A stretch of 64,000 nucleotides of DNA from a virus (lineage: Duplodnaviria > Heunggongvirae > Uroviricota > Caudoviricetes). Of the stretch, positions 23,879 through 34,007 are shown piece after piece. How positions within the stretch are numbered: the stretch's first letter is position 1; each line of letters starts with the position of its first letter. Made by a program: the position numbers and the translations under genes. The stretch is taken from positions 1 through 64,000 of IMG/VR virus record IMGVR_UViG_3300037484_000445; one strand, 5' to 3'. The notes beneath the pieces were generated by a model. The model was not told the DNA's origin. It was given only the letters and a program-made list of their open reading frames with translations, and ran no database searches.

Positions 23879-24326
23879 AGGTTTCTGGTGGCGAGCTCGT
23901 GAACGTTGTTGCCCGGTGTTTGGGTAGCGTTGCCGTGTCGAACCAGAACTGGCAGATATGGTTCAGAGACGTCATTAGTCTCTCGAAGCCCAAAGGTTTT
24001 CTCACATAGGCGTTACAGTGGTTTGCGTAGGCTGTGACTACGTCGTCCTCGGACATTGAGTTCGTTAGGATGATCACAGGTATAGAACGTAAGCCTGAGT
24101 CTCGCTTCATCTCCTTGAGGACCTCTAGTCCACTTATCTTGGGTAGATTGAGGTCGAGAAATACAATGTTGGGGCGATACTCCGCCGAGTATAGAATCTG
24201 AAGAGCTCCTTCACCATCGGTCGCCGTGGTCAGTTTATGCTCTAAGCCCGTGTCACGCAGGGCCTCTCTGATCAAGAGGGCGTCTTGGTGGCTGTCTTCG
24301 ACAAGCAAAATGTGAACTTCGGTCAT
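23868..24326 (-). CDS. single-domain response regulator (Rcp1/CheY-like)
   Basis: ILLVEDS, FLDLNLPKISG, IILTNS, YVRKP. Confidence 0.95.
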   Translation of the reverse strand: MTEVHILLVEDSHQDALLIREALRDTGLEHKLTTATDGEGALQILYSAEYRPNIVFLDLNLPKISGLEVLKEMKRDSGLRSIPVIILTNSMSEDDVVTAYANHCNAYVRKPLGFERLMTSLNHICQFWFDTATLPKHRATTFTSSPPETLAL

Positions 24327-24328
24327 GA

Positions 24329-25393
24329 CTAGGATTGGGTTGCAACGGGTAGTGTGAAAAAGAAGGTGGATCCCTTACCTGGGGCTGATTCTGGCCATAT
24401 TCTACCTTGGTGGCGCTCTACTATTTTCTTGGCAATGGCTAAACCAATGCCGGTTCCTGGGTATTGCTCGATTGTGTATAGGCGTTGGAACACCCCGAAG
24501 ATGCGATCCTTATGTCGCATATCGAATCCAATACCATTGTCCTGAACGGAGATAATACAGCAGTTATCCTCCCCGGGATTCACAGTAACGACTATCCTGG
24601 GTGTGTCCAGGTTCCTGTACTTGATCGAGTTCGAGAACAGGTTCTGGAACACTTGAGCGATCAAGCTACGATCACCGTAGACCGTTGGAAGGTCACTGGG
24701 TATCGTGAAGATAACGTGGGCCTCTTCAATGCTACGTACAAGGGAGCGCCGGGCCTCTTCAATGGCAAGACCCAAAGGAAAGGTGGCCTCTTTGGACGTT
24801 GGTGTGCGACCAGCTCTGGAGAAGGCCAATAGGTCATCAATCTTGGTCTCCATCCGTTTGGTAGTCTCCACGATCTCTTGTAGGAACTTGTTCCCCTCTT
24901 CGTTTAGATGCCCGGAATACCGCCTCTTAAGCAAGGTTGAGAATCCGGCGATGGCTGTTAGGGGTTCCCGAAGGTCGTGAGAGGCTATGTAAACGAACTG
25001 CTCTAGGTCGTGGTTGTTCTGCTGTAGAGCAGCTTCGGCGCGTTTTTGTTCGGATATGTCTTGGAGCTGAAGCAACAAGGCTGTCATTCGCCCCTCTTTT
25101 CGAACAGCTGAGACGCTAACCGAAGCCCACAGGAACTTCCGATCACTACGTAGGTAGCGTAGTTCTATTCGGTAGTTCTGTGTCCTTCCGCTTTCGAACT
25201 TGTCGATCGTGTCAGTGAACATTTCTAGATCATCGCTGACCACAAGGTCGTTGTGGCTAAGTCGAAGGAGCTCCTCCCTGGTGTGGTTCAGAGCCTGACA
25301 AGCTTGGTGGTTGGCTTCGATGATTTGCCCCGTCTTGGACACGATGAGTTGGGCCACGAAGGAATCGTCGAAAGCCGCCCTTAGAGTTTCCAT
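24329..25393 (-). CDS. PAS sensor histidine kinase
   Basis: PAS/PAC, ASHDLREPL (H-box), QVFQNLFSNSIKY, DNGIG, GTGIGL; GAGGAG SD before ATG 25393. Confidence 0.95.
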   Translation of the reverse strand: METLRAAFDDSFVAQLIVSKTGQIIEANHQACQALNHTREELLRLSHNDLVVSDDLEMFTDTIDKFESGRTQNYRIELRYLRSDRKFLWASVSVSAVRKEGRMTALLLQLQDISEQKRAEAALQQNNHDLEQFVYIASHDLREPLTAIAGFSTLLKRRYSGHLNEEGNKFLQEIVETTKRMETKIDDLLAFSRAGRTPTSKEATFPLGLAIEEARRSLVRSIEEAHVIFTIPSDLPTVYGDRSLIAQVFQNLFSNSIKYRNLDTPRIVVTVNPGEDNCCIISVQDNGIGFDMRHKDRIFGVFQRLYTIEQYPGTGIGLAIAKKIVERHQGRIWPESAPGKGSTFFFTLPVATQS

Positions 25394-25395
25394 GT

Positions 25396-26277
25396 CTATC
25401 TCCTCTCGGATGTGCCTACACTCCTTGAGGGCCCTCCCTGGTGTGCGAACCATGCTACGGCCCCTAAGAGAGCCAATACTACTGCAACCAAGCCAGCGAG
25501 TACAACGACATTGTGACGCGTCAGTTTGAGGCCTTTGGCTTCCGGGTTGATACTCGTTAGAGAGCTTCTTGAGATCCTTTCGACATCCTTGACACGGTGA
25601 TCGAGACCATCAATGCGAGCCTTTACGGATAGTTGCGTACCTGAACCCAACAGTTCGGTTTGCAGGGCTTCAATGACCTTGCTGGTGTGTTCGTCCCGAG
25701 CATTCTTTTCTTCGAGCTGGGCCGATAGGCGCTGAAGTTCTGTGAATAGGTGTCTCGAGATGTCCGCGACGGCGGAAGTGGTCGCCACGGTTGAAGCTTG
25801 GATGGCTACGTGCTCTCCACTTTGGTGAGCCGTGACCATATTAGCTTTGGCTCGTTCTAGTGCGTGCATTGAGGCAGCCTTGTCCGTCGGTACCCGTATA
25901 GTTCGATGATGCTTCTCGACGGCAAAGATGATTCGACGGAAGATGTCTTCCTCGTTGGTGTAGTCCTTGAGAATGTAATCCGCGGCCCCTGCTTTGATCA
26001 TGTCTAGGGCTAGGCCACGATCCTTGTTGTGCGTCATCACGATGACGGGCACATCAGGGTACCGATCACTCAGTTTCTGAAAGGTTTCTTTTCCAGTTGA
26101 GTCAGGCAACTGTAGGTCGAGTATTACACAATCGATGTTTCGACTATCAAGGTAACGGAAAGCCGTCTCCAGACTATTAGCCTCTCGGAACTTGGCTTCG
26201 TTTTGGAATCGACTCTCAAGCAAGTACCTGAGAAGGTCTCGGTCTGTGGGGTTGTCTTCGACTATTAGGATACGCAT
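25396..26277 (-). CDS. response regulator receiver with coiled coil and C-terminal TM helix
   Basis: ILIVEDN, ILDLQLPD, DYILK; VVVLAGLVAVVLALLGAVAW. Confidence 0.85.
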   Translation of the reverse strand: MRILIVEDNPTDRDLLRYLLESRFQNEAKFREANSLETAFRYLDSRNIDCVILDLQLPDSTGKETFQKLSDRYPDVPVIVMTHNKDRGLALDMIKAGAADYILKDYTNEEDIFRRIIFAVEKHHRTIRVPTDKAASMHALERAKANMVTAHQSGEHVAIQASTVATTSAVADISRHLFTELQRLSAQLEEKNARDEHTSKVIEALQTELLGSGTQLSVKARIDGLDHRVKDVERISRSSLTSINPEAKGLKLTRHNVVVLAGLVAVVLALLGAVAWFAHQGGPSRSVGTSERR

Positions 26278-26374
26278 GGTACCAACCTCTTAAGATCTGT
26301 GTGACAAGAGCATATTCACAGCTTGTGTAGCTAGACCTTTTCGCGTCCTTGTGCTAAAGGCCCTAGGGGTAGCT

Positions 26375-26737
26375 ATGCCCAGTACAGTTCACGCATTGAA
26401 GACTTGGCCAATACCATTTCAGGCAATTTGGACTGGGCACAAACTCTACGAGCTTCGTAGAGATGATCGTGGTTACCATGTTGGCGACCAGTTGAAGTTG
26501 TTGGAGTGGGTGCCGGTACATACAGGTTCCTGTGATTGGGTCTCTGATCATTGCGTGAAGTGCAATAGAAAGTCAGAGGATCCTCTCGATGGATCTTATA
26601 CAAATCGCCACATTTCAGCCGAAATCAGCTATATTACAAGGGCTGGGGAATTTCCTGGCCTTGAGGAAGGTTTTTTGGTTTTGGGAATTCGCGTTCTCGA
26701 ACGAGTTTCTCCCCAGGGACAAGTCGTTGGTGTATAA
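26375..26737 (+). CDS. ASCH/PUA-like (DUF3850-type) protein with Cys/His insert
   Basis: HALKTWP..F.AI..G.K..ELR.DDRGY.VGD.L.L.EW. Confidence 0.8.
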   Translation: MPSTVHALKTWPIPFQAIWTGHKLYELRRDDRGYHVGDQLKLLEWVPVHTGSCDWVSDHCVKCNRKSEDPLDGSYTNRHISAEISYITRAGEFPGLEEGFLVLGIRVLERVSPQGQVVGV

Positions 26738-26747
26738 GTAAGTCTAT

Positions 26748-26830
26748 GGCAGCATGGCGGAATGGCAGACGCGGCGGATTTAAAATCCGGTGATCCATAG
26801 GTCGTGAGGGTTCGACTCCCTCTGCTGCTA
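26748..26830 (+). tRNA. tRNA-Leu(TAA)
   Basis: class II, TT TAA AA. Confidence 0.9.
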
Positions 26831-26950
26831 CTCTTTGGTGGCCACGCTGGTGTGGCTCGCTGAAGTGGTGGAGGTGTCCAGAAGCCGGTTGTAGGTATGT
26901 CTGGTCGCCCCTGGTTCGGCTCTAGTCTCGGCTAGGGCCGAACCATTAAT

Positions 26951-27024
26951 AGGCTTCTAGCTCAATTGGTCAGAGCTCCCGACTCATAATCGGGCGGTTC
27001 TCGGTTCGAACCCGGGGAGGCCTA
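26951..27024 (+). tRNA. tRNA-Ile2/Met(CAT)
   Basis: cloverleaf, CT CAT AA. Confidence 0.92.
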
Positions 27025-27072
27025 CAAAAGTTGGACAAATCCAAAGATTCGGTGTATCGTCCTAATGTATTC

Positions 27073-27432
27073 GGGCTCGACAGGTTTCGACGTGGTGAAC
27101 AAGGAATATATCGATCATGCAAGGGCGCTCGCCCCTTCAACGAGCCGTAATAACTGCAAACGACAACAGCATTGCTGACCGCCTCGTAGCGTAAGCCATT
27201 ACCCCAGTAGATCGTCCTAGTATCTGGGGAGTGAAACCAAGACCAGGGCTGGGTTTCCGGGATTGCCTAACCACCGGGTATCGAGATTGAAGAAAGGCTT
27301 TGGACAGACAAGATTCTGTCAAAACCCTAGGCGAAAGCCCACGGTCAAATAGGGTCATCGTAGTGGGCTAAGCATGTGAACAAGGTACTTCTAGAAGCGC
27401 TGCGGACCCCGGTTCAATTCCGGGCGGGTCCA
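27073..27432 (+). ncRNA. ssrA: tmRNA; tag (A)ANDNSIADRLVA at 27156-27194
   Basis: GGGCTCGACAGGTTTCGAC 5' end, G3:U70, TAACT-GCA resume context, T arm and CGGGTCCA 3' end. Confidence 0.95.
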
Positions 27433-27436
27433 CTAA

Positions 27437-27470
27437 AGGCCTCAAACTAGCAATGGTTTGAGGCTTCTGT
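27437..27470 (+). terminator. terminator-like hairpin
   Basis: AGGCCTCAAAC..GTTTGAGGCTT. Confidence 0.55.
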
Positions 27471-27474
27471 CTAA

Positions 27475-28071
27475 ATGGAGATGAACATGGTCAAGCTAAG
27501 TGAGTTGAATCTTTTATCCTTTGGCCATACTATCCAGATGGCCGGTGCTATCTTTCAAGGAGAAGGACAAACCTTCCTGGCATTCTTTCCTGAGGACGCC
27601 GACAACCAAGATCATGTCCTCAACCGTTTGGAGTTGAGTCTGGATGATTGGAACGCGATCATTCGGCAGACAGACCTCTTAGAGACCGAGATCTTGGCGA
27701 GGGCGGCTGATGGCACGCTCACCAAGGTGGTCATCCGTAAGAGTCAGCGGCAAATAGAACAAGGGGTTTCTTGGAAGGTCTTCAAGCGTGACGGCTATAG
27801 CTGTCGCTACTGCGGTAAGGACGACATACCCCTCACGGTGGACCATTTGGTTTGCTGGGAAGCCGGCGGCCCAAGCATTGTCGAGAACCTTGTATCGGCT
27901 TGTCGCAAGTGCAACAAGACTCGAGGGGATCTTTCCTATGCAGATTGGTTGAACCATCCGTACTACAGGAAGGTCGCTTCAGGCTTGAGTGCTTCTGAAC
28001 GTGAGGCTAATATCCAGTTGTTGCAAACTCTGGGTTCTATCCCTCTGAACGTGCATAAACGGTCCCGCTAG
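27475..28071 (+). CDS. HNH endonuclease-domain protein
   Basis: RDGYSCRYCG..LTVDHL..GG..NLVSACRKCN. Confidence 0.9.
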   Translation: MEMNMVKLSELNLLSFGHTIQMAGAIFQGEGQTFLAFFPEDADNQDHVLNRLELSLDDWNAIIRQTDLLETEILARAADGTLTKVVIRKSQRQIEQGVSWKVFKRDGYSCRYCGKDDIPLTVDHLVCWEAGGPSIVENLVSACRKCNKTRGDLSYADWLNHPYYRKVASGLSASEREANIQLLQTLGSIPLNVHKRSR

Positions 28072-28137
28072 TGGGATCAGAAGGGACCCCTGACGAGGGT
28101 CTTCAAATCATGAGAAAAAAGAAACGGTAAGGGTACC

Positions 28138-28731
28138 ATGGACACGCGGACACTCATTCTTAACCAGTTCTACAGGCCCCATGAAATTGTCGATTGGAAG
28201 GTCGCTGTCACCCGGATGTTCTCAGGAAAACTGGAAGTTCTAGTCCAGTACGACGAGGTCATTGCGCATATCGATCGGCAAACCTTGACGACGTTCCCAG
28301 ACCTTCAGAAGTCCCTACGACAGGTGATAGGATCAGAAGCTGAGAGCTTCGATATCAAGGTGCCTGCCGTAGCCGTACTTCGTCGTAATATCGGCCGAAT
28401 GAAGACAGGGATCAAGTATGGTAAGAAGAACGTCTGTCTGCGTGATGAATTCACTTGCCAATACTGCGGTCACAAGTTTCCCATGAGTCAGCTGAATCAG
28501 GATCACGTCACGCCGAAGTCCAGAGGTGGTAAGACCGTATGGACGAACATTGTGATGTCTTGTTACCCTTGCAACGAGAAGAAGGCTAATAGGACCCCTG
28601 AAGAGGCGGGAATGAGGCTTCTGTCCAAGCCTGTCAAGCCGAAGGTCTTGCCGATGGGTGAACCCTTCATCGACATTCAGCAGGCGCCGCCCGAGTGGGA
28701 GCCTTACATAGACCTTAGGGTTGTTGCCTAA
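28138..28731 (+). CDS. HNH endonuclease (McrA-like)
   Basis: RDEFTCQYCG..DHVTPKSRGG..WTNIVMSCYPCN.KK. Confidence 0.93.
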   Translation: MDTRTLILNQFYRPHEIVDWKVAVTRMFSGKLEVLVQYDEVIAHIDRQTLTTFPDLQKSLRQVIGSEAESFDIKVPAVAVLRRNIGRMKTGIKYGKKNVCLRDEFTCQYCGHKFPMSQLNQDHVTPKSRGGKTVWTNIVMSCYPCNEKKANRTPEEAGMRLLSKPVKPKVLPMGEPFIDIQQAPPEWEPYIDLRVVA

Positions 28732-28741
28732 GGTTCCAGCC

Positions 28742-28781
28742 AAAAGGCCGTCGAGTTAGCACTCGACGGCCTTTTGCTTTT
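28742..28781. terminator. bidirectional intrinsic terminator
   Basis: AAAAGGCCGTCGAGT-TAGC-ACTCGACGGCCTTTT. Confidence 0.85.
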
Positions 28782-28830
28782 AACCCACCTTTGGTAGGTT
28801 GGCTTTGTATTCTTTTCCAACGTAGGAACA

Positions 28831-29128
28831 TCTTAGCCGTTGGTCGGTCTGTGAACCTTTCCCCCACAGGCATCACAGGGCAAGAGGGTGTCACGGTCTT
28901 CCAGTCTTGGTAAGCCGCAGAATCATTCGACTTTGTGACGCTCTTCTATGGATATCCACACCTAACACAGTTCAACGAAAGAATTTCTTGATGCTGTTGA
29001 GTTCTCGGTGTATAGCTGTCCTTGAAGGATCGCGCTCACGCTTGGATCTTTCAAGGAAACCTAGGAGTGCAGGCCTATACCTGTACCGTACAGCTAAACG
29101 CACCCGTAAGGGTTTGGTAAGGCTGAGG
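28831..29128 (+). ncRNA. candidate multibranch structured RNA of about 300 nt
   Basis: closing TCTTAGCC/GGCTGAGG and several long internal helices in an intergenic region. Confidence 0.45.
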
Positions 29129-29215
29129 ACATCGACCCAGGAACGCAATAGATTTGGGACCCGTCCAGTCCGCGTCAATTGCAAACCCCCTCGAATGTGT
29201 ACGGAGGAATCTCCT

Positions 29216-30628
29216 ATGGAGTTTCTAGCCCAGCTCTCTCATGAGACATTGGATCATTCTCGCTCGAATACCCCTCACCTTGTCCTTACCCTAAAGGCTC
29301 CGGCCTTGGATTGGATCAAGAAGAGGCCCTCACTTTGCGTCGTGCCTGCGGTAGACCTTTCAGGCTCAATGAGAGGGGACAAGCTGGAGTATGCTCGGAA
29401 GAGCTTGCATAAGCTCGTTGACCAGCTACAGCCTGGAGATGTCACGGGCCTAGTTGCCTTCGAAAGTCGAGTCCATCTCTTGGTTCAACCAGCTGAGGTG
29501 ACCGCGGCTCATAAGTCTCGGATGAAGGACGCTATCAACCGCTTGAAGATCATGGGTGGTACGGATCTCTGTGGTGGGGCCCTTCAGGCACTCGAAGTAG
29601 TGAAGGGTTTGGACTTGCCAGCCAAGTTCATCAAGCGGGTTATTCTGTTCACGGATGGTCAACCCACGGATGGGGTCACCAACCCCGATCAGATCTTGAG
29701 TTTGGTTGAAAGCAATCGCGGATCGGTTACTCTTAGTGCCTTTGGCTACGGGGCCATCGGGGGTGGAACTTGGGGTGGCTGTGATCCCGAGTTTATGGAG
29801 AATCTATCCCAGCGTGGTCAAGGGAACTATGCCTTCATACAGGACCCTGATAGCGCTCTGACGGCGTTTGGTCGGGAGCTTGGAGGGTTGATGTCCACCT
29901 ACGCCCAAGACCTTCTTGTGACGATTGAGCCTTTGAATGGCCATAGGGTCAGCAAGGTCCTTACCGATGTTCCCGTCGACCGTAACGCCTTAGGAGAGAT
30001 CGAGTTCAAGGTTTCGGACATCATGTCTGAGGAAACCCGACACTTCGTATTCGAGACCGAACTAATTCCAGGTAAGAGTGGTCCTCGGGCTGTGAATTTG
30101 TTCAATGTGCGACTCGTGTATTCTGCCCTTACGGATAAGGGTACTCGGGAAACAAAAACCCTTGAAACGAAGGCTAAGGCTCAGTTCGTCAATCCCGGTG
30201 AAGAACAGAAAGATCCCAGTAAGGCTTTGGATGAGGTCATAGCCTTAGCACAGGTCTTTAGGGCTCAGATCGAGGCCGAAGAACAAGCTAAGAAGGGCAA
30301 CTATGTTGGAGCCGTTGAGACGATGAGCGTGGTCTCTAAGGGGTTCCAGCAACGTGGTCTCATGGCAGCAAACAAGGTTGCCCAGAATATAGGCACTCGT
30401 CTTGGAGACGCCAACCTTTATGCCAGCAACACCTCCTACTTGAGGAGCATGTCGTCGGGGGGTCGCCGGTCTTACGGTCTCAACTCGGCAGATGCTGAAG
30501 CCCAGGGCGATCTTGAGATGATTCTAGGTTCCCTAGGCAATGATGCCATCAACACCATGTCCGCAGAATTTGCGTCCAATGAGCCTAAACCTTCTTTGAA
30601 GGTCGATATCCCGAACAAGTCAGACTAA
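29216..30628 (+). CDS. vWA domain protein (YfbK/CLCA-like)
   Basis: VDLSGSM, GGTDL, LFTDGQP, G.GNY.FI; GGAGG SD before ATG 29216. Confidence 0.9.
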   Translation: MEFLAQLSHETLDHSRSNTPHLVLTLKAPALDWIKKRPSLCVVPAVDLSGSMRGDKLEYARKSLHKLVDQLQPGDVTGLVAFESRVHLLVQPAEVTAAHKSRMKDAINRLKIMGGTDLCGGALQALEVVKGLDLPAKFIKRVILFTDGQPTDGVTNPDQILSLVESNRGSVTLSAFGYGAIGGGTWGGCDPEFMENLSQRGQGNYAFIQDPDSALTAFGRELGGLMSTYAQDLLVTIEPLNGHRVSKVLTDVPVDRNALGEIEFKVSDIMSEETRHFVFETELIPGKSGPRAVNLFNVRLVYSALTDKGTRETKTLETKAKAQFVNPGEEQKDPSKALDEVIALAQVFRAQIEAEEQAKKGNYVGAVETMSVVSKGFQQRGLMAANKVAQNIGTRLGDANLYASNTSYLRSMSSGGRRSYGLNSADAEAQGDLEMILGSLGNDAINTMSAEFASNEPKPSLKVDIPNKSD

Positions 30629-30717
30629 GCCTAGTCGGATTGAATCCTAGGGGGTGGCTTACACGAGCCACCCTTTTAGGTTTAAGCTGTAGAATTCACT
30701 TATACCCTGTGTTTGAC

Positions 30718-31320
30718 GTGGACAACCATCTACAAGCCTTCAAGACGGCCGTACTTGCTCGCAAAATAGCCTCTCGCTACATAGAGGCCATGGAACACGC
30801 CACTGATGAGGCACGCAAGAAGTACCTTCAGGGCCACCCTAAGGCGGATCCGAAGAACCACACGGTTCGGCACAAGACTCCACAGCAAATGGGGAGGTCG
30901 GATAAGAAGCGTTGGGACTCGATGTTGAGTGCTACGAAGGGCTTGAAGGAGTTAGGGCAGAAGGCTATTGGTGGAGACGAAGAGGCCACAAAGGAAGTGG
31001 GCGCTCGCTTCAACGCCATCTATAGTGGCGGCGAAGATATCGTCAAGGATGCCACGCCATTACTCCGTAAGGTTGAGAAGTCGAAGAAGGGCAACCCCAA
31101 AGTGCAGGAGCACGCAGATGCTCTGAAGAAAGCTTTGGCCAAGTGGGATGAAATGGTGCCCAAGTTGGAGAAAGCCAAGGGACGCAATCCCCGAGCACAA
31201 TTGGACCATGGTCAAGAAGCCTTGAACTTAGCTTCAGAGATTCGAACGCACCTGTTTCATTTGCAGAATGCCGCGGTGCAGTCTGGGGACATCAAGGCTC
31301 GTTACGCAACTCTTGCGTAG
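30718..31320 (+). CDS. basic helical hypothetical protein
   Basis: about 200 aa from GTG 30718, downstream of a terminator hairpin at 30649-30680. Confidence 0.6.
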   Translation: MDNHLQAFKTAVLARKIASRYIEAMEHATDEARKKYLQGHPKADPKNHTVRHKTPQQMGRSDKKRWDSMLSATKGLKELGQKAIGGDEEATKEVGARFNAIYSGGEDIVKDATPLLRKVEKSKKGNPKVQEHADALKKALAKWDEMVPKLEKAKGRNPRAQLDHGQEALNLASEIRTHLFHLQNAAVQSGDIKARYATLA

Positions 31321-31439
31321 ATCCCTCAGTTTTGGATGGGGGTCAACAAACACTCCAAGGACACACTCTTTGGGGTGTTCGTAATTTCAGGGTATTGAGG
31401 GTCACACCTATTGTAACAGTGGTGTAGGTCTCTAATGCT

Positions 31440-32012
31440 ATGGGTGAACTGTACATTAGCATCGACGTGGAGACCGATGGTCCTATTCCAGGACCTAACT
31501 CAATGCTGAGCTTAGGCGCTGTAGCCCTTACACCCAGAGGGGTGAACTTAGGAGAATTTGAGATCAACTTTGAGGAGTTGGAAGGGGCTTCGGGAAACCC
31601 TGACACTATGGCTTGGTGGGCCAAGCAACCCAAGGAAATTTGGGATGCCTGCAGGAGAGAACCCAAGCATCCTCAAGTGGCTATGAGGCAGTTCGCCTCA
31701 TGGATTAACGATTTGGCAGAGGAACACCATTTGACTCCCGTGTGTGTTGCTTACCCGGCGGGCTTCGATTTCATGTTCGTCTACTGGTACCTGATGAGGT
31801 TCTTGGGTAAGAGTCCCTTCAGTTTTTCTTGCTTGGACATCAAAACCTACACGATGGCCACTTTGAAGCTACCTTATAGGCAGTCCACGAAGAAGAACAT
31901 GCCTCGAGAGTGGTTCAAGGATCTTCCCCCACACGAACACATCGCTTGTTCCGATGCTCGCGAACAAGGCCTTCTCTTTCTCAATATTCTCAGGCACAAT
32001 GTTCACCGTTGA
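31440..32012 (+). CDS. DEDDh 3'-5' exonuclease (Rv2179c-like)
   Basis: ISIDVETDG, AGFD, HIACSDA. Confidence 0.9.
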   Translation: MGELYISIDVETDGPIPGPNSMLSLGAVALTPRGVNLGEFEINFEELEGASGNPDTMAWWAKQPKEIWDACRREPKHPQVAMRQFASWINDLAEEHHLTPVCVAYPAGFDFMFVYWYLMRFLGKSPFSFSCLDIKTYTMATLKLPYRQSTKKNMPREWFKDLPPHEHIACSDAREQGLLFLNILRHNVHR

Positions 32013-32355
32013 AGAGATCACAGCGTGGTCTATCGATGAACTGATCACGGAGATCCGTGTGCTTCTACCCCCAGGTGTTGCCCTGACGGTAGATTCCCAG
32101 CCGGGCTACTTCGTTGTGCGTTTGACCAACGCTGAGGGTTCTCTGGTTCAAGAAGAAGTAAATCCCGATCAGCGGTTGGCTTTGCTCAATATTTTTGGGT
32201 GCCTATGGTCGACTCCCAGTGTATCTGATGATTCCCCTTGGCGTCGCAGACGAGAGTTTCCGCGACGCCCGATTGATATGGCCAACCGTCAGGATGTCCC
32301 CGATCCCGAGGATTTGAATCCAGACGAAGTCCAGTCCTTGTACAAGCAGCGTTAG
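31999..32355 (+). CDS. hypothetical protein
   Basis: ORF between the exonuclease and GroEL. Confidence 0.55.
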   Translation: MFTVEEITAWSIDELITEIRVLLPPGVALTVDSQPGYFVVRLTNAEGSLVQEEVNPDQRLALLNIFGCLWSTPSVSDDSPWRRRREFPRRPIDMANRQDVPDPEDLNPDEVQSLYKQR

Positions 32356-33972
<1,617 letters not shown>

Positions 33973-34007
33973 GGTTTGACTCTTTTTCTTGTAAGTCCAC
34001 TTAGGGA

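Noticed and set aside
28907-29215. N-terminal extension of the vWA ORF
   Set aside because: A strong SD precedes ATG 29216 and the upstream region is heavily base-paired
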